From Cellvibrionales bacterium (lineage in GTDB: Bacteria; Pseudomonadota; Gammaproteobacteria; Pseudomonadales; JAHEIH01): DNA of 64,000 nucleotides. Where the stretch lies: contig JAHEIH010000006.1 in assembly GCA_024639455.1 (NCBI GenBank), positions 172,411-236,410 of the forward strand, written 5' to 3'. The translations under genes and the position numbers were made by a program. The notes below the pieces were generated by a model. The model ran no database searches, was not told the DNA's origin, and was given only the letters and a program-made list of their open reading frames with translations. This document shows, piece after piece, positions 18,972 through 28,089 of the stretch (its first letter is position 1; the number at the start of each line of letters is the position of its first letter).

Positions 18972-21155
18972 ATGTCGCAGCAATTTTTTGCCATTTGTCC
19001 CAAGGGTTTCGAAGAGCTCATTATCGAAGAGCTGACATCACTGGGGGCAGAGCAGTGCAAAGCCACGGTTGGTGGTGTCCATTTCGTTGGGGGTATGGAA
19101 GTCGCTTATCGTGCCTGCCTGTGGAGCCGTCTCGCCAATAAAATTTTAATGCCACTGGTCTCTGACCAGGTGCGCAATGTCGACGACATGTATCGCCTGT
19201 GCCGCGGGGTCGATTGGGATCAACACCTCGATGCTCATCGTACCTTTGCGGTTGATTTCACCGGCCAGGCACCGTTTGTGCGCAATACGCACTTTGGTGC
19301 GCTCAAGGTAAAAGATGCGCTGGTCGACTTCTTCAAAGACACCCTCGGCGAGCGCCCCTCAGTGGCGAAACAACGCCCCGATGTGCAACTTAATGCTCAC
19401 TTAAATAAGGGCCAGTTCACGCTGTATCTTGACTTGTCTGGCGAGAGTTTGCACCGCCGCGGGTACCGTTTGGATGGTGGTCTCGCGCCGTTAAAAGAAA
19501 ACCTAGCCGCCGCGATTTTAATCCGTGCTGGTTGGCCAGCTATCGCCAAGCAGGGCGGCGCACTGCTCGATCCCATGTGTGGTTCAGCCACACTGTTGAT
19601 CGAAGGTGCGCTTATGGCGGCGGATATTGCGCCGGGGCTCGAACGCGATTACTTCGGTTTTGATGGTTGGTTGGGGCACGTTCCTTCGTTGTGGCGCCGC
19701 TTGGTGGATGAGGCTGAACAGCGCCGCGACGATGGTCTGGAGGCAGGTCTTCCAGAAATACGCGGCTATGATGCCAGTGTTAAAGCTTTGAACGCGGCTG
19801 ATGAAAACATTGCGCGGGCAGGTTTGAGTCGCTTTGTGCGCGTGTCGCGCAAAGAGTTACAGCACTTTGCAGTCCCGACCCACACCGAGGTCGTGCCTGG
19901 CTTGGTCGTCACTAACCCTCCCTACGGGGAGCGATTGGGTGACGAGGAGGCCTTGGTACACCTCTATCAATATCTGGGCGAGCGTATGCGGCGTGGTTTC
20001 GTCGGATGGCAATTAGCTATGATTACTGGTAACCCGGACTTGGGTAAGCGCATGGGGCTGCGCAGTCACAAGCAATACCAGTTCCGCAATGGCAATATTC
20101 CATCAAAGCTATTGTTGTTTAAGATCGAGCCAGAGGCTTTTGTGATTGATGCGGCCAATCGCCCTGGGGCGCCCCTAGAGTCTGCCGCGGGACCTGTCGT
20201 CGAATGGAGCGATGGCGCCCAGATGTTTGCCAATCGCTTGCGCAAAAATCTGCGTACCACGGGAAAGTGGGCCAAGCAGCAGGGTATTCAATGTTATCGC
20301 CTGTACGATGCTGATTTACCCGAGTACGCGGTAGCGATTGATATTTATGGTGAACGCGTACACGTCAGCGAATACGCACCGCCCAAGAAGATTGACCCAG
20401 AGGTTGCACAGCAGCGCGTAGATGAAGTTGTGGCGGTCATTCCCGACGTGCTGTCGGTGAATCCTCAGTGGGTTTACCTGAAACAGCGTCAGCGTCAGAA
20501 GGGCGCTGAGCAATACAATAAGTTTGATACACAGCAGCAGTACTTTGAAGTCCAAGAAGGCGGTGTCCGCTTGCTAGTGAATTTAAGCGACTATCTCGAC
20601 ACGGGCTTGTTCCTCGACCATCGTCCCGTGCGGCTAGATATCGCTAAGCGCGCCAAAGGTAAGCGCTTTTTGAATCTGTTTTGCTATACCGGAACAGCCA
20701 CTGTTCATGCCGCCATGGCGGGCGCTTGGTACACCACAAGCGTGGACATGTCGAATACCTATCTGCGTTGGTTAGCGAAAAACCTCGCCATCAATGGGCT
20801 GAGTGAAGCTAAGCACCGCACAGAGCGAGCGAATGTTGTGGAGTGGTTGCAAGGGGACGTTGATCAGCAATTTGATCTGATCTTGCTGGATCCTCCAACG
20901 TTCTCAAACTCTAAGCGCATGGAGGCTGTGTTCGACGTGCAACGAGACCATGTGATGTTGGTTGAACGGTGCATGGCGCGGTTAACGCCGGGCGGATTAT
21001 TGATATTTTCCAATAACTACCGTCGATTCCAATTGGATGAGGGCTTGCAACAGAAATATCAGGTGATCGATGTGACGCCTCAGACGATCGACAAAGACTT
21101 TGCCAGACACGCCAACATCCACAAGTGTTGGCACATCCAGCACCGCGAAGACTAA
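18972..21155 (+). CDS. rlmL: bifunctional 23S rRNA (guanine2069-N7)/(guanine2445-N2)-methyltransferase RlmKL
   Basis: An N-terminal THUMP-like region plus two methyltransferase modules ([13 protein letters not shown] and the NPPYGERL motif IV; then C-terminal FCYTGTATV and DPPTFSNS). The start is taken at ATG 18972 ([14 protein letters not shown]). Confidence 0.9.
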   Translation: MSQQFFAICPKGFEELIIEELTSLGAEQCKATVGGVHFVGGMEVAYRACLWSRLANKILMPLVSDQVRNVDDMYRLCRGVDWDQHLDAHRTFAVDFTGQAPFVRNTHFGALKVKDALVDFFKDTLGERPSVAKQRPDVQLNAHLNKGQFTLYLDLSGESLHRRGYRLDGGLAPLKENLAAAILIRAGWPAIAKQGGALLDPMCGSATLLIEGALMAADIAPGLERDYFGFDGWLGHVPSLWRRLVDEAEQRRDDGLEAGLPEIRGYDASVKALNAADENIARAGLSRFVRVSRKELQHFAVPTHTEVVPGLVVTNPPYGERLGDEEALVHLYQYLGERMRRGFVGWQLAMITGNPDLGKRMGLRSHKQYQFRNGNIPSKLLLFKIEPEAFVIDAANRPGAPLESAAGPVVEWSDGAQMFANRLRKNLRTTGKWAKQQGIQCYRLYDADLPEYAVAIDIYGERVHVSEYAPPKKIDPEVAQQRVDEVVAVIPDVLSVNPQWVYLKQRQRQKGAEQYNKFDTQQQYFEVQEGGVRLLVNLSDYLDTGLFLDHRPVRLDIAKRAKGKRFLNLFCYTGTATVHAAMAGAWYTTSVDMSNTYLRWLAKNLAINGLSEAKHRTERANVVEWLQGDVDQQFDLILLDPPTFSNSKRMEAVFDVQRDHVMLVERCMARLTPGGLLIFSNNYRRFQLDEGLQQKYQVIDVTPQTIDKDFARHANIHKCWHIQHRED

Positions 21156-23320
21156 CGTCCGCGAATCTTAGGTTTGCCACCACGCTTTTTAGGCATGTGG
21201 CGCGGTGTCTTGGGTAGCCCGTTGTGCTGGGTTGCAAACGGCATTCCCCCTTGTTTGGCGAAAGCACCGCGCGGTTGCTCGCGCGGAATTAAGTGTTTTT
21301 TGCCGTTGCCGATCAAATCTGTCCTACCCAGCCGTTTCAGTGCTTCGCGAAGCAGTGGCCAGTTTTCAGGGTCATGGTAGCGCAAAAAGGCTTTGTGCAA
21401 GCGACGCGCCTTCAAGCCTTTGGCAGTAAACACATCTTCACTGCTGCGGCTGACACGGCCCAAGGGGTTCTTCTCGGTGTAGTACATCGCCGTTGCATTA
21501 GCCATAGGCGAGGGGTAGAAGGTCTGGACCTGATCCGCGCGGAAGCCATTGCGCTTTAACCAAAGGGCTAAGTTCATCATGTCTTCATCGCTGGTACCTG
21601 GGTGCGCGGCGATGAAGTAGGGAATGAGGTACTGTTCTTTACCTGCTTCCTTAGAAAACTTTTCGAACATGGCTTTGAAGCGGTCATAGGTGCCCATGCC
21701 GGGTTTCATCATCTTGCTAAGAGGGCCATCCTCGGTGTGCTCTGGGGCGATTTTTAGGTACCCACCGACGTGGTGTTTCACAAGTTCTTCCACATACTCT
21801 GGGGTTTCAACTGCCAGATCATAGCGCAGACCTGAGGCAATCAAGATGCGCTTAACACCGCCGATGTCACGTGCTTTACGGTACAAATTGACCAGTGGTG
21901 TTTGGTCGGTGTTGAGGTTTTTACAAATCGTGGGGTAGATGCACGCCGGGCGACGGCAGCTCTCTTCGATTTCCTTGCTTTTACAGGCGAGTCGCCACAT
22001 GTTGGCAGTGGGGCCGCCAAGATCGGAAATCGTGCCGGTAAAGCCGGGGGTTTTGTCGCGAATATTCTCGATCTCGCGCAAAATCGAGTCTTCAGAGCGA
22101 CTCTGAATGATACGACCTTCATGTTCGGTAATCGAACAGAACGAGCATCCGCCAAAACAACCGCGCATGATATTCACTGAAAAACGAATCATTTCGTAAG
22201 CGGGGATACGCGCATCACCGTATTTGGGGTGCGGAATTCGCTGATAGGGCAATTCAAACACCGAGTCTAACTCGTCTGTTTCAAGCGGCAGCGGCGGTGG
22301 GTTTTGCCACACAAACCGTTGGCCGTGTTTTTGAACTAAGCTGCGGGCGTTGCCGGGATTAGTTTCTAGGTGGAAAACCCGCGAGGTGTGGGCGTATTGA
22401 ACCTTATCTTCGACCACTTCCTCGAAAGAGGGGAGAACGATAATGGCATTTTTGACCGCCTTTGCCGCCGCCGCTTTGTCGAGGTCGAAAACATTGACCA
22501 CGCTGGTGTCGCCATCGCCATCAACCGCGATACTAGGATTGCTGTCCATCGCTTCGTAGGGGTTGGCGATAGGGTCGACGCGACCCACTTTATCGACATC
22601 GCGTGAATCAATATAGGCTATGTCGTTAGGTAGTTTGTTTAGGACGAAGGCAGTGCCACGCACATTGCGAATATCTTCTACCGCTTCGCCACGGGCAATG
22701 CGGTGGGTAATATCGACAATGGCACGCTCGGCGTTGCCATAAATCAAAAGGTCGGCTTTGGCATCGATCAGGACCGAGCGGCGTACCTTTTCACTCCAAT
22801 AGTCATAGTGGGCTAAACGGCGTAGCGATGCCTCGATACCGCCAAGAATAATCGGCACATCTTTGTAGGCTTCGCGGCAGCGTTGAGCGTAGACGAGGGT
22901 GGCACGGTCAGGACGCTTGCCGCCTTCATTGTTGGGTGTATAGGCGTCATCGTGACGCAATTTTTTGTCGGCGGTATAGCGATTTATCATCGAATCCATA
23001 TTGCCCGCAGCGACACCAAAGTACAGATTGGGTTTGCCGAGGCGCTTAAAGTCGCTGGCGTCTTGCCACGTTGGTTGATCGATGATACCGACACGGTAAC
23101 CCTGGGCTTCTAGTGTGCGCCCAATCACCGCCATACCAAAGCTCGGGTGGTCGACATAGGCGTCCCCCGTGACAATGATGATGTCGCAACTGTCCCAGCC
23201 AAGCGCGTCCATTTCTTCCCTTGTGGTAGGCAAGAAAGGAGCGGGGCCAAAGCATTCAGCCCAGTATCTGTCGTAGGAAAAAAGGTGTTTTGCCTTGCTC
23301 ATGTCCGGTATTGCAACCAT
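21152..23320 (-). CDS. ygiQ: YgiQ family radical SAM protein (UPF0313)
   Basis: 722 aa, collinear with E. coli YgiQ as I remember it ([28 protein letters not shown], the radical SAM cluster [25 protein letters not shown]). It has a Lys/Arg-rich C-terminal tail. Confidence 0.9.
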   Translation of the reverse strand: MVAIPDMSKAKHLFSYDRYWAECFGPAPFLPTTREEMDALGWDSCDIIIVTGDAYVDHPSFGMAVIGRTLEAQGYRVGIIDQPTWQDASDFKRLGKPNLYFGVAAGNMDSMINRYTADKKLRHDDAYTPNNEGGKRPDRATLVYAQRCREAYKDVPIILGGIEASLRRLAHYDYWSEKVRRSVLIDAKADLLIYGNAERAIVDITHRIARGEAVEDIRNVRGTAFVLNKLPNDIAYIDSRDVDKVGRVDPIANPYEAMDSNPSIAVDGDGDTSVVNVFDLDKAAAAKAVKNAIIVLPSFEEVVEDKVQYAHTSRVFHLETNPGNARSLVQKHGQRFVWQNPPPLPLETDELDSVFELPYQRIPHPKYGDARIPAYEMIRFSVNIMRGCFGGCSFCSITEHEGRIIQSRSEDSILREIENIRDKTPGFTGTISDLGGPTANMWRLACKSKEIEESCRRPACIYPTICKNLNTDQTPLVNLYRKARDIGGVKRILIASGLRYDLAVETPEYVEELVKHHVGGYLKIAPEHTEDGPLSKMMKPGMGTYDRFKAMFEKFSKEAGKEQYLIPYFIAAHPGTSDEDMMNLALWLKRNGFRADQVQTFYPSPMANATAMYYTEKNPLGRVSRSSEDVFTAKGLKARRLHKAFLRYHDPENWPLLREALKRLGRTDLIGNGKKHLIPREQPRGAFAKQGGMPFATQHNGLPKTPRHMPKKRGGKPKIRGR

Positions 23321-23436
23321 TCGTTAATTTTGAAAAGACATTTTATCATTTTGCGGGAGGCTAACCCACTGAAATTTAAGCGTGATACTTCGAATTTATC
23401 GTAGTATTGTCGGGTTTTGTAGGGAAAACCAGGTGT

Positions 23437-24210
23437 CTAGTCGTCGTAGACGTGCTTTTTCTTGAAGATACCATCCTCTTCAGATAATTCCTGCCAATCG
23501 CGTTCTTGGCGGGCTTTTTCTCGAGCCTTGGCATCACTAATGTCCTGAATATTCTGCTGCGCTTCGGTGGCCATTACCTGGAACTCTTCCATTTTTACTA
23601 ATCGATCAGGACGCTTGGAGCGCTGCAATAAATTCAAGCAGGTCGTGCAATTATGGACGACCACGCTGTACCTTTTTTCCTGCATAGCCTCTTTGGCGGC
23701 CAGTTCATGACTTTTAATTTGCAGTTCCAGCATGGCGTGTTGTAAATCCATTTTGAGGGGGGCAGAGTCCTTGGGATTTATGGTGTGCGCTTCGATCATG
23801 TTGTTGAGTAATTTACCCAATGTGCGAATGGCATTTTTGGCGTCGCTCAAGCCAGCAGGGGTGTCTGGTAGCTGTGGTTCAAAGGGTATGTCCAGTTGCT
23901 CTTGAATGGCACTCATCATCACAATCGACTGTTCTAAGCGTCCGGCTAGCATGGGGTCACTGGGATTAAGCTTGGCGAGGTTGCCATATAAATTGCGCAG
24001 CTTGTGAAGCACCATTAGCCTAAGTCTCGGTGAAAGCACTTTGTTGCTATCGTCAACTAAGAGGTCTTGAAGTAGGGTGGCACGTTGGCGCAACAGGGCG
24101 CTTTGGCGCTGGCGTTCGCGGCGCTTCTTGTCGGCCGCTTGCAAAATGGAGGCGGTAATGACCATCAACATAATACAAGCGAGAATAATAACGGCGGTAG
24201 TTGTCGACAC
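23437..24210 (-). CDS. hypothetical N-terminally membrane-anchored coiled-coil protein
   Basis: 257 aa with one N-terminal hydrophobic helix (TAVIILACIMLMVITASIL) followed by KKRRERQRQ and long helical, charged segments. I recognise no family. Confidence 0.5.
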   Translation of the reverse strand: MSTTTAVIILACIMLMVITASILQAADKKRRERQRQSALLRQRATLLQDLLVDDSNKVLSPRLRLMVLHKLRNLYGNLAKLNPSDPMLAGRLEQSIVMMSAIQEQLDIPFEPQLPDTPAGLSDAKNAIRTLGKLLNNMIEAHTINPKDSAPLKMDLQHAMLELQIKSHELAAKEAMQEKRYSVVVHNCTTCLNLLQRSKRPDRLVKMEEFQVMATEAQQNIQDISDAKAREKARQERDWQELSEEDGIFKKKHVYDD

Positions 24211-24303
24211 GTGACTCTCAGCTAAACCAATGAATATCTTCAGTATAGTCGGCAGCTAGCGAGAAAGTTTTTAATAAAAGTGCATTTTTTTTCAGGCTAG
24301 CGC

Positions 24304-24332
24304 TTGACTCGCCGGCGGGCGCTCCCTAAAAT
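24304..24332 (+). promoter_or_regulatory. sigma70-type promoter of the tRNA Glu-Gly-Glu operon
   Basis: TTGACT (24304-24309), a 17-nt spacer, then TAAAAT (24327-24332), followed by the GC-rich discriminator GCGCGCC typical of stringently controlled stable-RNA promoters. It lies about 50 nt upstream of the first tRNA. Confidence 0.55.
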
Positions 24333-24381
24333 GCGCGCCATCTTGATTGAAGCAGTGCACACGCGCTTATCAAGGGACTGC

Positions 24382-24457
24382 GTCCCCTTCGTCTAGTGGC
24401 CTAGGACATCGCCCTTTCACGGCGAGAACAGGGGTTCGAACCCCCTAGGGGACGCCA
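24382..24457 (+). tRNA. tRNA-Glu (anticodon UUC)
   Basis: GTCCCCTTCGTCTAGTGGCCTAGGACATCGCCCTTTCACGGCGAGAACAGGGGTTCGAACCCCCTAGGGGACGCCA. It folds as a cloverleaf with anticodon loop CTTTCAC, a GGTTCGAA T-arm and an encoded CCA. Close to E. coli tRNA-Glu. Confidence 0.95.
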
Positions 24458-24485
24458 CTTTTTTAACCCGTAAGGGTTTTCGTGT

Positions 24486-24561
24486 GCGGGATTAGCTCAG
24501 TTGGTAGAGCGATACCTTGCCAAGGTATAGGTCGTCGGTTCGAACCCGATATCCCGCTCCA
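24486..24561 (+). tRNA. tRNA-Gly (anticodon GCC)
   Basis: GCGGGATTAGCTCAGTTGGTAGAGCGATACCTTGCCAAGGTATAGGTCGTCGGTTCGAACCCGATATCCCGCTCCA. Acceptor GCGGGAT pairs with ATCCCGC, the anticodon loop is CTTGCCAAG, and the CCA is encoded. Confidence 0.95.
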
Positions 24562-24567
24562 ATATTT

Positions 24568-24643
24568 GTCCCCTTCGTCTAGTGGCCTAGGACATCGCCC
24601 TTTCACGGCGAGAACAGGGGTTCGAACCCCCTAGGGGACGCCA
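24568..24643 (+). tRNA. tRNA-Glu (anticodon UUC), second identical copy
   Basis: The sequence is identical base for base to 24382-24457. Confidence 0.95.
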
Positions 24644-24651
24644 CTTTTTCC

Positions 24652-25056
24652 TCAATGTAACGTCTTTAGATCCTGCTTAGCCTCTAGCATGTTAAAACTC
24701 GCACCGCGGTTTTCTGCCTCATAGCGCATTTCATCAAGCTGCGAATACATATCTATCTCTTCATCGCTCAGGTAGTGCATACAGTCGCCGCTAAAATACC
24801 AAAAGAGATCGCGTGAGATGGCAGGTGTCAGGTGGGGGTAACACGCCACAACTTGGCACAGTAGCGTCTGGCCCTCGCTGTAAAAGGCCTCATCAATATC
24901 CGTCCGTGCGCATAGGTCTGTCAGGCGGGTAACAAAAGCATGGTCTTGTTCGCTAAAGCTTTCGCTGTTGAAGGGCGCGATAGTGTTGACCTTATCTAAC
25001 AACTGTTGCATTAATTGGCGGTGATAGCCCTGATAATCCATTGATTTATCTCTCAT
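24652..25056 (-). CDS. hypothetical small acidic cytoplasmic protein
   Basis: 134 aa ORF (alternative start MDYQGYH at 25041) with no transmembrane segment or signal peptide. Its stop lies only 8 nt from the 3' end of the convergent tRNA-Glu. I cannot confidently recognise a family. Confidence 0.5.
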   Translation of the reverse strand: MRDKSMDYQGYHRQLMQQLLDKVNTIAPFNSESFSEQDHAFVTRLTDLCARTDIDEAFYSEGQTLLCQVVACYPHLTPAISRDLFWYFSGDCMHYLSDEEIDMYSQLDEMRYEAENRGASFNMLEAKQDLKTLH

Positions 25057-25145
25057 TCAGTGCGCCTGTGGCGCTGTCTTTGTGTATAATTTGGCGTTTA
25101 CTTAAACGCACATTGCAAGTTGCATATTAACATTTGGGGACGTCT

Positions 25146-26081
25146 ATGTCTGAACCCGCTGCCATTAGTATTCGTGGATTGGCCAAAAAATACAGTAACG
25201 GATTTGAAGCGCTCAAAGGTATTGACCTTGAGGTGAAATCCGGCGACTTTTTTGCATTGCTCGGGCCCAATGGCGCTGGCAAATCCACAACGATTGGTAT
25301 TATTTCTTCACTGGTTAACAAAACCAGTGGCAGTGTCTCGGTGTTTGGCATCGATATCGATCGTGACTTCCCCAAAGCCAAGCGAGAAGTAGGCATTGTA
25401 CCGCAGGAGTTTAATTTCAATATCTTCGAAAAGCCGATTGATATTTTGATTAACCAAGCCGGTTACTACGGTATGCCTAGAGCTGAGGCGATTAAAAATG
25501 CCGAAGTGTATTTAAAGGAGCTTGGTCTTTGGGAAAAGCGTCATATGCCCAGTCGTACCTTGTCGGGAGGGATGAAACGCCGCTTGATGATTGCTCGTGC
25601 GCTCATCCACAAACCGCGCCTATTGATCCTCGATGAGCCCACGGCCGGTGTCGACATCGAACTGCGTCGCTCTATGTGGAAATTTATCCAACAAATTAAT
25701 CAGCAGGGCACCACCATTATCTTGACGACTCACTACTTAGAAGAAGCTGAGCAGTTGTGTAAAAACATCGCCATTATTAACCACGGCGAGATTGTCGAAA
25801 ATACCGACATGAAGAGTCTATTACGTCGTCTCAAAAAGGAGGTGTTTGTGTTGGACAGTATCAATGTACTGCCTGCTGATATCATTGTGAAAGGGCATCA
25901 TGTCACGCGTCTTGACGATCACAGTTTAGAAATCGAAGTCGACAAAGGGCAGTCTCTGAACAATATTTTTGCCTTGTTGGCCGACAGTGGCGTCCAAATC
26001 GGCTCGATGCGTACCCGCGCCAACCGCCTTGAGGAGTTGTTCGTTGAATTGCTCAACGGCAGCCAGGAGGCTAAGGCATGA
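25146..26081 (+). CDS. ABC transporter ATP-binding protein (YadG-like, ABC-2 type)
   Basis: Walker A GPNGAGKST, signature LSGGMKRR, Walker B LLILDEPTAGVD and H-loop TTHYLEE. The start is taken at ATG 25146. Confidence 0.88.
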   Translation: MSEPAAISIRGLAKKYSNGFEALKGIDLEVKSGDFFALLGPNGAGKSTTIGIISSLVNKTSGSVSVFGIDIDRDFPKAKREVGIVPQEFNFNIFEKPIDILINQAGYYGMPRAEAIKNAEVYLKELGLWEKRHMPSRTLSGGMKRRLMIARALIHKPRLLILDEPTAGVDIELRRSMWKFIQQINQQGTTIILTTHYLEEAEQLCKNIAIINHGEIVENTDMKSLLRRLKKEVFVLDSINVLPADIIVKGHHVTRLDDHSLEIEVDKGQSLNNIFALLADSGVQIGSMRTRANRLEELFVELLNGSQEAKA

Positions 26082-26851
26082 ATTATTCAGAAATGATGGT
26101 GGCCTTTGTCACGCTAGTTCGTAAAGAAATCCGCCGCTTCATGCGTATTTGGGTACAAACACTGGTGCCCCCCGCCATCACTATGACGCTTTATTTCGTC
26201 ATCTTCGGTGCCATCATTGGCTCGCGTATTGGAGACATGGGTGGTTTTACCTATATGGAGTTCGTGGTGCCCGGTTTGATTATGATGTCGGTGATCAATA
26301 ATTCCTATTCCAATGTCGTATCTTCATTCTTTGGCGCCAAATTCAACAATAGTATCGAAGAGCTGTTGGTGTCTCCAACACCTAGCTTTGTGATTCTTAG
26401 CGGTTACGTTTTTGGTGGTGTAGCTCGCGGCCTGTGTGTTGGTGCTATTGTGACGCTAATGTCGACGTTTTTCACTGATCTTAATATCCAGCATGTTGGC
26501 ATCACGGTGCTCACGGTCATTCTCACCTCCATCATGTTTTCGCTGGCCGGTTTTATCAACGCGGTATTTGCCAATAGCTTTGACGATATCAACATTATTC
26601 CGACCTTCGTTCTCACTCCGTTGATCTATTTGGGCGGGGTGTTTTATTCGGTGTCGCTGCTGCCTGACTTCTGGGCCGGGGTGTCTAAAATAAATCCCAT
26701 GCTGTACATGGTTAATACTTTCCGCTTCGGCATTATTGGTGTTTCAGATATCGATTACCGCCTGGCGCTAGGCATGATTGTGTTTTTCATTATACTCATT
26801 GGTGGCGTGGCGTACTATTTGCTGGAAACCGGTCGCCGGATTCGTACCTAG
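26078..26851 (+). CDS. ABC-2 type transporter permease (YadH-like)
   Basis: 257 aa with six predicted helices. The start overlaps the ATPase stop (ATGA). Confidence 0.85.
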   Translation: MNYSEMMVAFVTLVRKEIRRFMRIWVQTLVPPAITMTLYFVIFGAIIGSRIGDMGGFTYMEFVVPGLIMMSVINNSYSNVVSSFFGAKFNNSIEELLVSPTPSFVILSGYVFGGVARGLCVGAIVTLMSTFFTDLNIQHVGITVLTVILTSIMFSLAGFINAVFANSFDDINIIPTFVLTPLIYLGGVFYSVSLLPDFWAGVSKINPMLYMVNTFRFGIIGVSDIDYRLALGMIVFFIILIGGVAYYLLETGRRIRT

Positions 26852-26860
26852 GAGGTAACG

Positions 26861-27670
26861 ATGCACCCTATACCGCTTGGAAAAGACACCGAGTACCGTT
26901 TTGATTACGACGCATCGCTGCTAGCACCGATTCCTCGCGCTGAGGGGCGACATAGCCTGGCTATTGACGACAGCCACTTCGTCGGTATGGATGTGTGGAA
27001 TGCCTACGAAGTCTCTTGGCTGTCGCCCAAGGGTCTGCCGCAGGTGCGGGTAGCGAAATTAGTCGTGCCATGCCATTCGCCCAATATTGTGGAGTCGAAG
27101 TCACTCAAGTTGTATTTGAATGGTTTTAACCAATCGACGTTTGCCAGTGAGACTGATGTCGAGACCACCATGCAACGGGATATTTCGGCTTGTATAGGCG
27201 CTGAAGTTGAGTTGCAACTTTTGGATGTCGACGCTGCACAAGATTTCGCGCTAGCTAAGCTCCCCGGGGATTGTTTAGACCACCAAGATATTAATATTGA
27301 CACCTACCATACCGAATTGGAGTTGCTCGAAGCCGGTGAGGGTAGTGTCGCGTGCAGGCAGGTCTATTCACACCTGTTGCGCTCGCTGTGCCCTGTGACA
27401 GGCCAGCCTGATTGGGCGACGTTGTATATCGAATATAGTGGTCAAGCTATCGATGAAGCCTCCTTATTGCGTTACATCGTTTCCTTCCGCAATCAACAAG
27501 ACTTTCACGAGCTTTGTGTGGAAACGATTTTCAGCCATCTTTGGCAACGTTTTGAACTAAATTCTTTAGCGGTTTATGCGCGCTATCTCCGGCGTGGTGG
27601 TATTGATATCAGTCCGATGCGAAGCTCTGCCCCCGTGACTTTGCCCGATTGGCGCCAGCTACGTCAGTAG
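26861..27670 (+). CDS. queF: NADPH-dependent 7-cyano-7-deazaguanine reductase (bimodular type)
   Basis: 269 aa with the QueF motif VESKSLKLYLNGF and the catalytic Cys context LRSLCPVTGQPDWAT. Confidence 0.9.
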   Translation: MHPIPLGKDTEYRFDYDASLLAPIPRAEGRHSLAIDDSHFVGMDVWNAYEVSWLSPKGLPQVRVAKLVVPCHSPNIVESKSLKLYLNGFNQSTFASETDVETTMQRDISACIGAEVELQLLDVDAAQDFALAKLPGDCLDHQDINIDTYHTELELLEAGEGSVACRQVYSHLLRSLCPVTGQPDWATLYIEYSGQAIDEASLLRYIVSFRNQQDFHELCVETIFSHLWQRFELNSLAVYARYLRRGGIDISPMRSSAPVTLPDWRQLRQ

Positions 27671-27678
27671 GAGGATCT

Positions 27679-28089
27679 ATGGAAGATATCATTGAACAGC
27701 TGCAAGCACTGTGTGAAGACGTCCCCGTGCCGCTCGATTTGCCCAATGAAGACGACTTGCTGGAGGTCGAGGAAAGCCTATTGCTGCCCATCCATCCTTC
27801 TCTGCGTACCTACCTGCTAGAGGCCTCTGACACCGTTTACGGTGGTTTAGAGCCCGTGACTGTGGCAGATCGTCAGTCGCATACGTATTTAGCCGATGTC
27901 ACCGCGCAGGCATGGGATGAGGGCATGCCTCGCGAGTACATGGTGGTGTGTGAAGTGGCTGAGGGCTTTTATTGCATCAACCACGAGGATGGTGAAATCC
28001 AATGTTGGTCACGCCGTGATGGAGACTTCGACAAGCAGCATTGGGATACGCTTTGGGATTGGGTCGAGGACGTCTGGCTTAGATCTTAA
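27679..28089 (+). CDS. SMI1/KNR4 (SUKH-1)-like protein, possibly Syd-like
   Basis: 136 aa and acidic. The AGGAGG Shine-Dalgarno overlaps the queF stop. The LPIHPSLRTYL segment and W-rich C-terminus resemble SUKH-fold proteins, and syd is next to queF in E. coli (from memory). The assignment is tentative. Confidence 0.5.
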   Translation: MEDIIEQLQALCEDVPVPLDLPNEDDLLEVEESLLLPIHPSLRTYLLEASDTVYGGLEPVTVADRQSHTYLADVTAQAWDEGMPREYMVVCEVAEGFYCINHEDGEIQCWSRRDGDFDKQHWDTLWDWVEDVWLRS

